Origin: a candidate division WOR-3 bacterium
GTDB lineage: Bacteria > Hydrothermota > Tepidihabitantia > SM23-42 > JAOAFX01
DNA: 64,000 nucleotides
Assembly: GCA_039802265.1 (NCBI GenBank)
Contig: JBDRWI010000002.1
Location: 6,430-70,429 of the forward strand
Direction of reading: 5' to 3'
Shown here: positions 29,392 to 39,963 of the stretch, in pieces
How the letters are laid out: every line of letters begins with the position of its first letter
How positions within the stretch are numbered: the stretch's first letter is position 1
The notes under the pieces: model-generated
The model's input: only the letters and a program-made list of their open reading frames with translations
The model's database searches: none
What the model was told of the DNA's origin: nothing
Position numbers and translations under genes: made by a program

Positions 29392-30756
29392 ATGCTGAAT
29401 AAAAAAGAAATGAAAGAACTAATTGAATTAGCGTTAAGGGTCTCGTCTGCTGAACAAACTGAAATAGTCATACATGAATTTGACTCAGCACTAACAAGAT
29501 TTGCCAATAATTATATACATCAAAATGTGTATGAAGGTAACACGGTTGTCTCGGTAAGAGCCATATTTGGAAAGAAAATCGGCGCCGCAAGCACCAATTC
29601 CCTTTTACCACAAAAGATAAAAGAGACTGTAAAATGGGCAGAACGGATAGCACGATACCAGGTGGAAAACACCAAGTTTGTGTCTTTGATTAAAACTTTA
29701 CCTAAACAATACCATCCGGTTTCTCCCCGTGTAAGATATTATGCATCAATAACTCCCCAGAAAAGGGCGGAGGCTGTAAGAGATATCATTGAGGTGGCGA
29801 AGAAACATGGGCTTACTGCCTTTGGTTCGGTATCAAATGGTTGGTCAACCATTACTATTGGCAATTCACTGGGGACATTTGCCTATTATAAATCCGGTGA
29901 TGTCTTCTGTAATATCGTTATGTCGGGTAAAGATTCTACTGGTTATGTCCAGGCTGGTGCAAAAAGTTTAAATGAGTTAAACTTTGTCAAACTCGCCGAG
30001 GTTGCTGCAAAGAAGGCAATCAAATCAGCCGATCCAATAGAGATTGAACCGAAGAGTTATACAACTATCTTTGAACCACTGGCGGTGGCCGATTTTATGG
30101 ATTACCTTGCGGTCTATGCCTTTAACGGAAAAGCATTTGAAGAAGGACGTTCTTACCTCGCGGGACGACTCGGAACCAAGATTGTTGATGAACGAATAAC
30201 TATTGTTGATGACCCTTTCAATATAAAGGGTTTCCCGTTTCCATTTGACTTTGAGGGAATTCCTAAAAATAAATTGGTTCTAATTGAAAAGGGCGTTGCC
30301 CAAAATGTTGTCTATGATTCCTTAACTGCGGCTTCGGTTGGCAAGAAGACAACCGGACACGCACTCACCTATCCAAACCCATTCGGTCCTATTCCTTTGC
30401 ATCTGGTAATGAACAGGGGAGATACGGAAATAGATGATATAATTTCAAATACAAAAAAGGGGATTTTAGTGACGCGACTCCATTATACAAATGTTATTGA
30501 CCCCTATCGAATTGTCTTTACTGGTATGACCAGGGATGGCACATTTCTCATTGAGGATGGTACAATAACTAAGGGAATAAAAAATCTCCGATTTACCGAG
30601 AATTTATTTGAGGTCCTGAATCGGGTTGAATCAATATCTAAGAATCTGGAACTGGTTGCCCGGGAACCCGGCTATGGTAGCCGTTTCAGCCAGGGAACAA
30701 TTGTCCCCACCATCAAAATTAGAGATTTTACCTTTACCAGTAAAACCCAGTACTAA
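29392..30756 (+). CDS. TldD/PmbA family protein (PmbA-like, no HExxH seen)
   Basis: TRFANNYIHQN, FDFEG, TGHA, TGMTRDGTFLIEDG, NLRFTE. Confidence 0.88.
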   Translation: MLNKKEMKELIELALRVSSAEQTEIVIHEFDSALTRFANNYIHQNVYEGNTVVSVRAIFGKKIGAASTNSLLPQKIKETVKWAERIARYQVENTKFVSLIKTLPKQYHPVSPRVRYYASITPQKRAEAVRDIIEVAKKHGLTAFGSVSNGWSTITIGNSLGTFAYYKSGDVFCNIVMSGKDSTGYVQAGAKSLNELNFVKLAEVAAKKAIKSADPIEIEPKSYTTIFEPLAVADFMDYLAVYAFNGKAFEEGRSYLAGRLGTKIVDERITIVDDPFNIKGFPFPFDFEGIPKNKLVLIEKGVAQNVVYDSLTAASVGKKTTGHALTYPNPFGPIPLHLVMNRGDTEIDDIISNTKKGILVTRLHYTNVIDPYRIVFTGMTRDGTFLIEDGTITKGIKNLRFTENLFEVLNRVESISKNLELVAREPGYGSRFSQGTIVPTIKIRDFTFTSKTQY

Positions 30757-30774
30757 AACCGACTGCTAAAGGGA

Positions 30775-31635
30775 ATGCACTATATTAAGTTGTTAAGGCC
30801 TGAACAATGGATTAAGAATGTCTTCCTTTTCGCCGGGCTTGTCTTCAGCCGCGAATTCAAAAATCCAGTAAGTATCTATACAAGTATCTTATCTTTCTTT
30901 ATCTTCTGTCTTTTAAGTAGCAGTGGTTATATTCTCAACGATATTCTTGATTACAAGGTTGACCGGATGTTACCGGCGAAGTCAAAAAGGCCGCTCGCCT
31001 CAGGAAAAGTGACGCCAGTTACTGCATTTTATTATTTTCTGGGAGTATGTGCTACAGGAATTATTCTTGCTACAAAAATAAATACCAATTTCTTTTATAT
31101 CAGCATTCTCTATCTCATATCATCATTCCTCTATAGTCTTGGTGTAAAATATCTGGTGATTCTTGATGTTTTTTTTGTCGCAATTGGCTATGTCCTGAGG
31201 GCAGTGGCTGGAGCAATTGCAATAAATGTTCAGATATCATCTTGGCTCGTTGTATGCACTTTTTTACTTGCCCTGTTTATTGTCTTAACAAAAAGAAAGG
31301 CAGAACTTATAACCTTGGGCGAAAGTGCCTCCAATCACCGTTATGTGCTTGCTCATTATTCGGTAGGATTATTAAATCAATTGTGCACAATTTCCACTAC
31401 TGCCTGCATTGTTTCTTATTGTATCTATACCATTTCTCCGGAGACTACCACAAAATTCCATACCCGAAATTTAATGTTTACAATCCCTTTTGTGATATAT
31501 GGCTTATTTCGTTATCTATATCTCGTTGAAAGAAAATCCGGATTAGAAATGCCAAGCCGGGCAATAATCTCCGATATACCATTGTTGCTATCCGTTATTC
31601 TGTGGGGTGTGATAAGCATAATAATTTTAATGTAG
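30775..31635 (+). CDS. UbiA-family prenyltransferase (decaprenyl-phosphate phosphoribosyltransferase-like)
   Basis: [17 protein letters not shown]...[21 protein letters not shown]. Confidence 0.88.
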   Translation: MHYIKLLRPEQWIKNVFLFAGLVFSREFKNPVSIYTSILSFFIFCLLSSSGYILNDILDYKVDRMLPAKSKRPLASGKVTPVTAFYYFLGVCATGIILATKINTNFFYISILYLISSFLYSLGVKYLVILDVFFVAIGYVLRAVAGAIAINVQISSWLVVCTFLLALFIVLTKRKAELITLGESASNHRYVLAHYSVGLLNQLCTISTTACIVSYCIYTISPETTTKFHTRNLMFTIPFVIYGLFRYLYLVERKSGLEMPSRAIISDIPLLLSVILWGVISIIILM

Positions 31636-31689
31636 CAAAAATTTAAATGTTGATTTTTTATCTATTGAATTGCGGTGGGTAGGTAAATA

Positions 31690-31978
31690 ATTCCCCATAT
31701 TGTTTCTGACAAACCGTCCATCCTTCAATACGGTGATAGATATTCAATTCACCACTTCTTTAACTCGGCAACCGAGGGTGAAAAGGATTAGATTGCTGTT
31801 AGATTTTCCCGAAAGAATGGGATTGTATCAGGGGGGTATAATAGCTATGTTTCCAGCAGCACTATGGTTGAGAATGTCGCATTTCTGGTCATTATATGGC
31901 AAATATTTAATCAGGGAACAGGCAAAGTATAAAAACGGTGCCGAATCCGGGTGGTCTGAAAATCTGGATTCAATAAGT
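31690..31978 (+). pseudogene. Decayed PKD-like Ig domain fragment
   Basis: Frame 1 ...ATEGEKD*IAVRF...YVSS; +1 shift near 31873 to SHFWSLYGKYLIREQAKYKNGAESGWSENL; TAG at 31789. Confidence 0.5.
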
Positions 31979-31997
31979 GAATTTCCAAAAAGGAATA

Positions 31998-32069
31998 AGC
32001 GGGAGACGGGATTTGAACCCGCGACCCTCACCTTGGCAAGGTGATGCTCCACCACTGAGCTACTCCCGC
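31998..32069 (-). tRNA. tRNA-Gly (GCC)
   Basis: Reverse complement GCGGGAGTAGCTCAG...TCACC-TTGCCAA-GGTGA...GGTTCAAATCC...CTCCCGCT; promoter TTGACT-N16-TATAAT 32112-32085. Confidence 0.97.
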
Positions 32070-32108
32070 AGGTTTATTAAATCAATTATATCCAAAAAAA
32101 CAAAGGAG

Positions 32109-33263
32109 TCAATAGATTACATCGAATCCTAAACATTTCAAGACATTTAAAAGTTCAACAGCCGGATTCGGAGGTTCAAATTTTACCTGATGACTACCAA
32201 ATTCGTGACGAACGGGGTAGTTTCTGCGGAGAGATTCAAAAAGGGTAGATATTTTAGTTTGGTCTATTTTTAGAATTTTGCGCATTATGCGGTCGTCATT
32301 TAACGGATTATATGCCTTGAAGATCGCCTCGGATAAGACTTCCCATCTATTGCGATAACCGTCCTTGACAGTTACTTTTATTTTCGCGGGCGATAAAATT
32401 TGACTTACTGAGATCCTTTCTTTTCGGTTTAGTAATTGACATAATCTTTTGTAGACCATCATCGTACCCCGCAATTTGCCTTCAATAGAGTAACCAGCAA
32501 TGTGCGGGGTAGCGATATCAGCGACCTTTAATAAATCAGTATTTATATTTGGTTCATTCTCCCAGACATCAAGGATTAGTCCGCCTAATTTCCCTGTAAA
32601 TCTTAAGAGTGCCTTTTCATCAATCACACTGCCCCTTGCTGTATTAATAAGGATAGTGCCGGGGTTTAACTTTTTTAGAAATTCTTCATCTACCATATGA
32701 TAGGTTTTGTATTTCCCTGTAAATGTTAAAGGAACATGGAGTGTGATAATATCCGCCTCTTTTGGATTTATTAATGAAATAAATTTTTTGTCCTTTGTTC
32801 GGTTAAATTTTGGTGGGTCGTTTAGCAAGAATTTTATTCCCAGGCATGTACATATCCGGGCGACCCGCTTTCCCACATTACCAACGCCAATTATGCCGAT
32901 GGTCTTTTTATCCATGCAAAAATTCTTTTTTTGTGAAAGGATAATAAGTGCGGCAAGGACATATTCCGCAACCGAATTGGCATTACAGCCCGGGGCATAG
33001 ACTAATTTTATACCGTTTTTACGTAGATAATTTCGGTCGATATGGTCAATGCCGCTGGTCACTGAGCCGACAAATTTTATTCTTGTATTTTTGAGCAAAT
33101 TGCTATTTACCTTGACCACACTCCGCACTAAAAGGACATCAAATTCTTTTATATTTTGGGGGATGATTTGTGAGGCGGGTATGGTAGTAATTTCTCCTAA
33201 GCTGGAGAAGACCTCTCGGACATAAGTAATTTCTTCATCAGCGATGATTTTCAATCTTTTCAT
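32109..33263 (-). CDS. pdxB: Erythronate-4-phosphate dehydrogenase
   Basis: LLVRSV, APGCNANSVAEY, GIIGVGNVG, HVPL, DVWENEP, TPHIAGYS.EGK, LRRNYPVRHEF. Confidence 0.88.
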   Translation of the reverse strand: MKRLKIIADEEITYVREVFSSLGEITTIPASQIIPQNIKEFDVLLVRSVVKVNSNLLKNTRIKFVGSVTSGIDHIDRNYLRKNGIKLVYAPGCNANSVAEYVLAALIILSQKKNFCMDKKTIGIIGVGNVGKRVARICTCLGIKFLLNDPPKFNRTKDKKFISLINPKEADIITLHVPLTFTGKYKTYHMVDEEFLKKLNPGTILINTARGSVIDEKALLRFTGKLGGLILDVWENEPNINTDLLKVADIATPHIAGYSIEGKLRGTMMVYKRLCQLLNRKERISVSQILSPAKIKVTVKDGYRNRWEVLSEAIFKAYNPLNDDRIMRKILKIDQTKISTLFESLRRNYPVRHEFGSHQVKFEPPNPAVELLNVLKCLGFDVIY

Positions 33264-33346
33264 CCGAAATTATTATATGCGGATTGAAATAAAATTCAAG
33301 CATATACGATTATTGACTCCATTCTATCTTTGGATATAATTTCAAT

Positions 33347-34396
33347 ATGGGAATTAAGTGCCGAAGGTATAATGTGGCAATATTGGGATTCGGCAGGGTT
33401 GCTGGGGCATTTTTGCGCCATTATTTAAATATCAGAAAAAAAATTTTACAAGAACACAACTTTGATTTGAATTTTATTGGAATCTGTGATTCTTCAAGTT
33501 TTATTGTGGATAAAAATTTGGCAATTCAAAAATTACTCAATCAGAAGCTTAAAGGTATCCGGCTGGGGTATACAACCCCAATACCCTTGAAACAACTTTG
33601 GATGGCACTCAAAAAAGAGAAGTTGGATATTATTATTGATGCCCTCCCCGGTTCAAGGTTTGATGCCGGGATGAGTTATCCGTTACTAATTGAGGCATTG
33701 AAGATGAAGATCAATTTAATTCTTGCCAATAAGTCCCCGCTTGTCTTTAAAGGAAGTGAGATTCTAAAAATTGCCGAGGAAAAGGGGTGTTATCTTGGAA
33801 TTAGCGCCACAGTTGGTGGTGCCATACCCACATGTGGGATTGTACTCAATGAATTGATCGGGGCTGAAATATATAAGGTTCGTGGGGTTTTAAACGGAAC
33901 GAGCAATTTTGTCCTTGATAAAATCATGTTTGAATCCAAATCTAAATTATCAGCAATAAGGGAAGCAGTTAATCTTGGAATAGCCGAACCCGACTACCGT
34001 TTTGACCTTGAGGGTCTGGATACCTGTTACAAGATGATTATCCTTGGACTTCTGATCACCAAACGGTGCATGAATTCCAATTCAGTCAGATGTTGTGGTA
34101 TTCTAAATATGGAAGAAAAAGAAATTTTGACAAGCGTGCGCCGGGGTAAGGTAGTTCGTCTTATCGGCAATCTGAGTATAAAAAACAAAAACCCTTTGAT
34201 TACAGTTGCACCTGAAATTCTCGATAAGAATGACCCATTGTATGGTGTCAGTGGAGCAAATAAGGGTGTTACTTTCTATACGAAATATATGGGTGAGTTC
34301 ACGGTAATTGGTGGGGCATCAGGTTTAAACTCAATTGCGGCAACCATAATGAAGGATATTATTAATCTTGACAGATTCTGTCAAAGGCAAAAATGA
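33347..34396 (+). CDS. hom: Homoserine dehydrogenase (short form, no ACT domain)
   Basis: GFGRV, ANKSPL, ATVGGAIP, GVLNGTSNF, GIAEPD..FDLEGLD. Confidence 0.85.
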   Translation: MGIKCRRYNVAILGFGRVAGAFLRHYLNIRKKILQEHNFDLNFIGICDSSSFIVDKNLAIQKLLNQKLKGIRLGYTTPIPLKQLWMALKKEKLDIIIDALPGSRFDAGMSYPLLIEALKMKINLILANKSPLVFKGSEILKIAEEKGCYLGISATVGGAIPTCGIVLNELIGAEIYKVRGVLNGTSNFVLDKIMFESKSKLSAIREAVNLGIAEPDYRFDLEGLDTCYKMIILGLLITKRCMNSNSVRCCGILNMEEKEILTSVRRGKVVRLIGNLSIKNKNPLITVAPEILDKNDPLYGVSGANKGVTFYTKYMGEFTVIGGASGLNSIAATIMKDIINLDRFCQRQK

Positions 34397-35037
34397 AGAT
34401 AATCGGCATTACCGATATTCACGGTCGGGCAAATATTCCCAAGGCCGTTGCACAGGCACTGGCTGAAACTGACTTAATACTCATTGCCGGTGATATAACT
34501 AATTTTGGCGGAAAAGAGGAAACAAAAATAGTAATGAATGCAATGAGAAATTTTAATGAAAAAATTCTTGCGGTTCCGGGGAATTGTGACCATCAGGAGG
34601 TGATTGAGGAATTAAAATCCGAAGGGATAAATCTTCACGGTGAGATAAGAAGAATAGATACTATGGTAGTTTTTGGAATAGGTGGAAGTGGTTACACGCC
34701 ATTCAATACACCCCAGGAGTATTCTGATTCTGAAATAGAAAGGATACTTGAAATATTTAAAAAAGAGAAGACCGATTCAATCAAAATACTCGTTAGCCAC
34801 TCACCGCCGCTGGGGACATCAACCGACCGCACAATGCTCGGGATACATGCAGGTAATGGTGTAATTCGTAAATTCATAACTGATTATCAGCCTGACCTCT
34901 GTCTTTGCGGACATATCCACGAGGCAAGGGGAACGGACAAAATTGGCAAGACAATCATCATCAACCCAGGACCATTTCCAAAATTCTATGTTGAAATTGA
35001 AATAACGGATAAAATTCATTTTTCGCTCAAGGCATAG
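34393..35037 (+). CDS. Metallophosphoesterase
   Basis: DIHG, GDIT, PGNCD, HSPP, CGHIHE, NPG. Confidence 0.9.
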   Translation: MKIIGITDIHGRANIPKAVAQALAETDLILIAGDITNFGGKEETKIVMNAMRNFNEKILAVPGNCDHQEVIEELKSEGINLHGEIRRIDTMVVFGIGGSGYTPFNTPQEYSDSEIERILEIFKKEKTDSIKILVSHSPPLGTSTDRTMLGIHAGNGVIRKFITDYQPDLCLCGHIHEARGTDKIGKTIIINPGPFPKFYVEIEITDKIHFSLKA

Positions 35038-35090
35038 GTAATATTCGGAAGTGCTATTGACATTCCTTTATTTTTCTATATAATTTTGCT

Positions 35091-36917
35091 ATGTGTGGAA
35101 TAGTAGGGTATGTTGGCCCGCGGGATATTACAAGTGTTCTATTAGGGAGTCTATGGCGTTTGGAATATCGCGGTTATGACTCAAGTGGGATTGCAGTTAT
35201 AAATGATGATGAACTCGTCATCCGGAAGGTTCCGGGTAAGTTGAGTGAACTACAGGAGTTACTCAAGAGAGAACCGATAGCGGGTAGCACAGGAATTGGC
35301 CATACCCGCTGGGCAACCCACGGTAATCCAAGTGAGGAAAATACACATCCTTTAGTTGATTGTAATTATGAACTGGCGCTGGTTGTAAATGGAATTATAG
35401 AAAACTTTCATCTGTTAAAAGATGAACTTGAGGCCCGGGGGCATCTCTTTCGTTCCTTTACCGACTCTGAGGTAATCGTGCATCTTATTGAAGAAAATTT
35501 GAAAGGCGGTCTCTATGATGCAGTTTGTAAAACCGTACCGAAGTTGAAGGGAAATTATGCATTTGCGGTTATTTATACCAAGGAGCCCGGCCACATCGTC
35601 TGCGCCCGCCATGATGCACCGCTTATTTTGAGCATAGATCATAATGAAGCGGCGGTGGCGAGCGATGTTTCAGGGGTGATTGCAATCTTTGACCGAATTA
35701 TTGATTTACCCAACGACACAATTGCGGTCATTTCTCCGGGTGATTACTTCATTAGCGATTTTAATAAAAATGAAATCAAGATTGAGCCGCGGAAGGTCTT
35801 AATTAAAGTGAGGGATATTGAAAAGGAGAATTTCCCGCATTTTATGCTCAAGGAGATATTTGAGCAACCCCGCATTCTGCAACAAATTATTAATGTGCGA
35901 ATCGATAATAACAAGATTAATCTGGGCGATGAATTAAACTTTACAGACTATGAATTGTTAAAAATATCAAGAATCTATATCCAGGCTTGCGGAACTTCCT
36001 GGCATGCGGGTGTCGTGGGTAAATATCTCCTTGAGCGATTCGCCCGAATTAGCACCGAGGTTGATATTTCAAGTGAGTTCCGGTATCGCGATACGGTGCT
36101 GGATGGAAATACAATGGTAATGGCGATAAGTCAGTCAGGTGAAACTGCGGATACCATTGCTGGATTGCGCGAGGCAAAGGCAAGGTTTCTTAAGGTTCTT
36201 TCGCTGGTCAATGTCCCACATTCAAGTATCTACCGGGAGTCGGATGGAGTAATTGGGATACTCGCCGGTCCGGAAATCGGTGTTGCCTCAACCAAGGCAT
36301 ATACCGCTCAACTTTTAAACCTTTACCTTTTAAGTCTCTATCTGGGAAAACTCAGAAACTTCATGACTGAAGATGAGGTAAATTCTCACCTGGCCGAGAT
36401 TAAGAAAATTCCCAAGATGGTGGAGGCGATTTTGAACAAACAGGACGAGATTAGAAAGATTGCGGCGAAATATTACAATTCACGCGATTTTCTCTTTTTG
36501 GGAAGGGGAATAAATTACCCAACTGCTCTGGAAGGGGCTTTGAAATTAAAAGAAATTTCCTACATACATGCAACGGGCTATGCAGCGGGTGAGATGAAAC
36601 ACGGTCCAATTGCCTTGATTGATGAGAATATGCCGGTAGTCTGCATCAATCCAAAGGCCGGTGTATATGAGAAGATGCTGAACAATATTCAGGAGGTCGT
36701 TGCCCGCAAGGGTCAGGTCATTGCCATCGTCACGGAGGACGATACCGCAACCAGGGCAATCAGTGATTATGTAATAGAAATTCCTGAATGTAAAGAATAT
36801 CTTTCACCAATTCTTGCGGTTATTCCCTTGCAACTTCTTGCTTACTTTATTGCCACCTTCAAGGGACTGGATGTGGACCGCCCGAGAAATCTGGCAAAGA
36901 GTGTGACAGTTGAATAA
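35091..36917 (+). CDS. glmS: Glutamine--fructose-6-phosphate transaminase (isomerizing)
   Basis: MCGIVG, GHTRWATHG, SQSGETAD, PRNLAKSVTVE; promoter TTGACA-N16-TATAAT 35057-35084. Confidence 0.98.
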   Translation: MCGIVGYVGPRDITSVLLGSLWRLEYRGYDSSGIAVINDDELVIRKVPGKLSELQELLKREPIAGSTGIGHTRWATHGNPSEENTHPLVDCNYELALVVNGIIENFHLLKDELEARGHLFRSFTDSEVIVHLIEENLKGGLYDAVCKTVPKLKGNYAFAVIYTKEPGHIVCARHDAPLILSIDHNEAAVASDVSGVIAIFDRIIDLPNDTIAVISPGDYFISDFNKNEIKIEPRKVLIKVRDIEKENFPHFMLKEIFEQPRILQQIINVRIDNNKINLGDELNFTDYELLKISRIYIQACGTSWHAGVVGKYLLERFARISTEVDISSEFRYRDTVLDGNTMVMAISQSGETADTIAGLREAKARFLKVLSLVNVPHSSIYRESDGVIGILAGPEIGVASTKAYTAQLLNLYLLSLYLGKLRNFMTEDEVNSHLAEIKKIPKMVEAILNKQDEIRKIAAKYYNSRDFLFLGRGINYPTALEGALKLKEISYIHATGYAAGEMKHGPIALIDENMPVVCINPKAGVYEKMLNNIQEVVARKGQVIAIVTEDDTATRAISDYVIEIPECKEYLSPILAVIPLQLLAYFIATFKGLDVDRPRNLAKSVTVE

Positions 36918-37572
36918 AGGGATAAGGCTTGACCATTTGATAAACCAGCAGAATTTGGTCGCAAGGCGCGTAAGAATTGTGGGGTATAAAAAGGTGGTCA
37001 AACATATCGCCGGTATTGATGTATCTGCGAAAAATAACATGCTCTTTTGCTGTATTGCACTATTTAACTTTCCGGAATTAAAAGATAAGGAGTTTGCTTA
37101 TGCCTATAAAAATGGAGTCTTCCCCTATATACCAAATTTTCTGGCATTTAGGGAATTACCGGTTATACTTAAGGCATACAAGAATTTGACCATTGAGCCG
37201 GACCTCATACTCGTTGATGGTCAGGGAATTGCCCATCCCCGTTACTGTGGAGTTGCCACTCATTTGGGGGTAATCCTGAATAAACCCACCATCGGGTGTG
37301 CAAAATCACATCTTTTCGGAGAGTTTACAATGCCCGGTAAAAATAGGGGAGACTTTTCTCCAATTAAGCGGCATAATAAGAAAATTGGTATTGTCCTGCG
37401 GACCAAGGATAATGTGAAACCGCTCTTCGTCTCTCCGGGTAATCTTGTTAACTTAAAAGATTGCCGAAAATATGTTCTCGCGACTACCCTTGGTTATCGC
37501 ATCCCGGAACCAATAAGACAGGCCCATATAAGGGCAAATAAATACGCACTTGGTAAAGTATTAAAGCTTTAG
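36910..37572 (+). CDS. nfi: Endonuclease V
   Basis: AGIDVS, FPYIPNFLAFRE, VDGQGIAHPR..G.ATHLG, YRIPEP.RQAH. Confidence 0.93.
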   Translation: MNKGIRLDHLINQQNLVARRVRIVGYKKVVKHIAGIDVSAKNNMLFCCIALFNFPELKDKEFAYAYKNGVFPYIPNFLAFRELPVILKAYKNLTIEPDLILVDGQGIAHPRYCGVATHLGVILNKPTIGCAKSHLFGEFTMPGKNRGDFSPIKRHNKKIGIVLRTKDNVKPLFVSPGNLVNLKDCRKYVLATTLGYRIPEPIRQAHIRANKYALGKVLKL

Positions 37573-37582
37573 GAGGTGCAAA

Positions 37583-38593
37583 ATGTCGGAGGTAAGAAGG
37601 GACATTGTAACCGATACCTGGGTGATCATTGATACGGAAAACGATGAAATTCCTAAGGTGAGCGTGGAATTTCCGGATGGCGAAGCGCCCTGTCCATTCT
37701 GTGCCGGTAATGAAGATAAAACACCAAAGGAGATACTTGCCTTCAGGGATAATACCCAACCCAATACCCCGGGCTGGAAGGTGAGGGTTGTGCCCAATAT
37801 CAATCCTATACTCCGGGTAGAGGGTGAACTTGAAAAATTTGGTGTTGGTGTCTATGATATGGTAACCGGAACCGGCGCCAATGAGGTTATTATTGAATCA
37901 CCCCAACATATTACAAATATTGGTGATTTACCGGCTGAACAGATAGCACTCATCCTGGAAGCATATAAGCTACGCATTGAAGACCTGCACAATGACAAAA
38001 GAATCAGATATGTATTGATATTTAAAAATTATGGTCGGCTTGCTGGTGCATCCACAATCAGTCATACTCATTCCGACCTGATTGCCCTGCCCGCTACCCC
38101 CAATCGTGTAAAACAGAAATTGAACGGTGCTTATGAATATTACAGATATAAAGAGCGTTGCCTGTTCTGTGATATCATTCAACAGGAGATTGAGATGGGT
38201 GACCGGCTCGTTTTACAGACAGAGAAGTTCGTCGCATTTGCCCCTTATGCCTCAAGACTCCCTGGTGAAATATTGATTATCCCAAAGCGCCATTCGTTCA
38301 GTTTTAAATTTATTAATACGGAAGAGATAACCGAACTCGGTTCGGTCTTAAAGAGAATCTGTAATGCGGTGCGCAAGGCACTATTTGATCCACCATATAA
38401 TTTAATCCTTACCGATTCACCAAATCTTTTGCCCCGCGCCGACTACTGGAAGACGATAGAGCAGGACTTCCACTGGCATCTGGAACTTATCCCACGCCTT
38501 TATCGAACCACCGGTTTTGAACTGGGAACCGGTTTTTATATCAACCGATTATCTCCCGAGAAAGCGGCAAGTATCTTGAGGATGAGCCTTTAA
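37583..38593 (+). CDS. GalT-like (HIT superfamily) nucleotidyltransferase
   Basis: CPFCAGNE, VRVVPN, EVIIESP.H, FKNYG..AGAS..SHTHSD, CLFCD, HWHLEL. Confidence 0.85.
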   Translation: MSEVRRDIVTDTWVIIDTENDEIPKVSVEFPDGEAPCPFCAGNEDKTPKEILAFRDNTQPNTPGWKVRVVPNINPILRVEGELEKFGVGVYDMVTGTGANEVIIESPQHITNIGDLPAEQIALILEAYKLRIEDLHNDKRIRYVLIFKNYGRLAGASTISHTHSDLIALPATPNRVKQKLNGAYEYYRYKERCLFCDIIQQEIEMGDRLVLQTEKFVAFAPYASRLPGEILIIPKRHSFSFKFINTEEITELGSVLKRICNAVRKALFDPPYNLILTDSPNLLPRADYWKTIEQDFHWHLELIPRLYRTTGFELGTGFYINRLSPEKAASILRMSL

Positions 38594-38598
38594 AAATT

Positions 38599-39285
38599 AT
38601 GCTCAAGTCGGTAATATTTGACCTTGATAATACCCTGGTTGATTTTATGGCAATGAAGGAGGCGGCGGTAGACGCCGCGGTGACCGCAATGATCGATGCC
38701 GGATTGAAGATGAATAAGGACGAGGCGAAAAAGAAGATCTTTGAGATTTACAATGAGGTTGGGATTGAAGACCAGACCGTCTTTGATAAATTCTTAACCC
38801 GGGAATTGGGTAGGATTGACTATAGAATTCATGCGGCCGGGATTGTGGGTTATCGCCGGGCAAGGGAGGCGGCACTTGTGTTATATCCCCATGTCAATTA
38901 TACACTTACCGAACTCATAAAGAAGGGATTGAAACTTGGTGTTGTCAGCGATGCCCCAAGGCTTCAGGCCTGGTTAAGACTATGTCAACTGAATCTTCAC
39001 CATATCTTTGATGAGGTCGTTACATTTGAGGATACCTATAAGAGAAAACCTGATGAGGCACCATTTAAGGCAATCCTGGAAAGGCTCAAGGTAAAGCCCT
39101 ATGAGGCAATCATGGTCGGCGACTGGGCGGAGCGTGATATTGTCGGTGCCAAACTATTAGGGATGAAGACCGTCTTTGCTCGTTATGGCGATACCTTTGG
39201 CACAAAAAATTCGGGTGCCGACTATGAGATTGATGATATAATCCAACTCCTGGAGATTGTAGACAAAATAACCGGTCGCCAATAA
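38599..39285 (+). CDS. HAD-superfamily hydrolase
   Basis: FDLDNTL, KRKP, MVGDWAERD. Confidence 0.9.
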   Translation: MLKSVIFDLDNTLVDFMAMKEAAVDAAVTAMIDAGLKMNKDEAKKKIFEIYNEVGIEDQTVFDKFLTRELGRIDYRIHAAGIVGYRRAREAALVLYPHVNYTLTELIKKGLKLGVVSDAPRLQAWLRLCQLNLHHIFDEVVTFEDTYKRKPDEAPFKAILERLKVKPYEAIMVGDWAERDIVGAKLLGMKTVFARYGDTFGTKNSGADYEIDDIIQLLEIVDKITGRQ

Positions 39286-39302
39286 CTAAGTAATGCCAAT
39301 AA

Positions 39303-39959
39303 ATGAGATTCTTTATTCTCTTATTTCTATCTTTTAATCTTTTTAGTCAGACTCCCCCGAACTATAAAAACGAGAAGAAAATACCGGATAAGGAAACAAT
39401 TTTGTATGAGACCTATGACAACGGTAAGACTGGCACAATCAAAATTTCTCTTAACAAAGATACAATTGGCTACAGAATTACATATAGTTCTGACCGTTTT
39501 ATTGAAGTAATACTTGATACATCTAATCTACAGACTCTCTATTTAAACAAATTTGTTGAAGGAAAATGGGAGCTGACAATAAATAGAAAGGGGATGCTAT
39601 TTGAAGTGAATTATAAAAATAATAAACGAACTTACAAGGAGGAGCCAGTTTTTGACCGGCATACCCTTGACTTTGTCCTGAGGGGATTTGAGTATTATCT
39701 TGGCTTTCAAAAGAGAATCCGGCTCAATGTCCCTGAATTTATGGTCGTAAATGCGGATATAAAGGTTATCGGCGAGGAGTACGTTTTGGTACCCATCGGT
39801 GAAATAGCATGCTGGAAGATAGAGATGCATCCGCGTATCATCTTTATAAAAAAAAGATTTTTTTTCTGGATTGAAAAGGAATATCCCCACCGTTTTGTGA
39901 AATATCAGGATTCAGAAGGTAAAAATCAGATTATATTAAAGGAATATAACATAAATTAA
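39303..39959 (+). CDS. Hypothetical exported protein (DUF3108-like)
   Basis: Signal peptide; E.V.VP.G...CWKIE, FWIEKEYPHRFVKY. Confidence 0.55.
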   Translation: MRFFILLFLSFNLFSQTPPNYKNEKKIPDKETILYETYDNGKTGTIKISLNKDTIGYRITYSSDRFIEVILDTSNLQTLYLNKFVEGKWELTINRKGMLFEVNYKNNKRTYKEEPVFDRHTLDFVLRGFEYYLGFQKRIRLNVPEFMVVNADIKVIGEEYVLVPIGEIACWKIEMHPRIIFIKKRFFFWIEKEYPHRFVKYQDSEGKNQIILKEYNIN

Positions 39960-39963
39960 ATAT

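Noticed and set aside
31700-32055. ORFs 31700..32044 and 31828..32055 as intact genes
   Set aside because: They overlap tRNA-Gly; only part of the plus-strand ORF matches the decayed PKD fragment
35038-35090. glmS ribozyme
   Set aside because: Only 53 nt of intergenic space, occupied by the promoter
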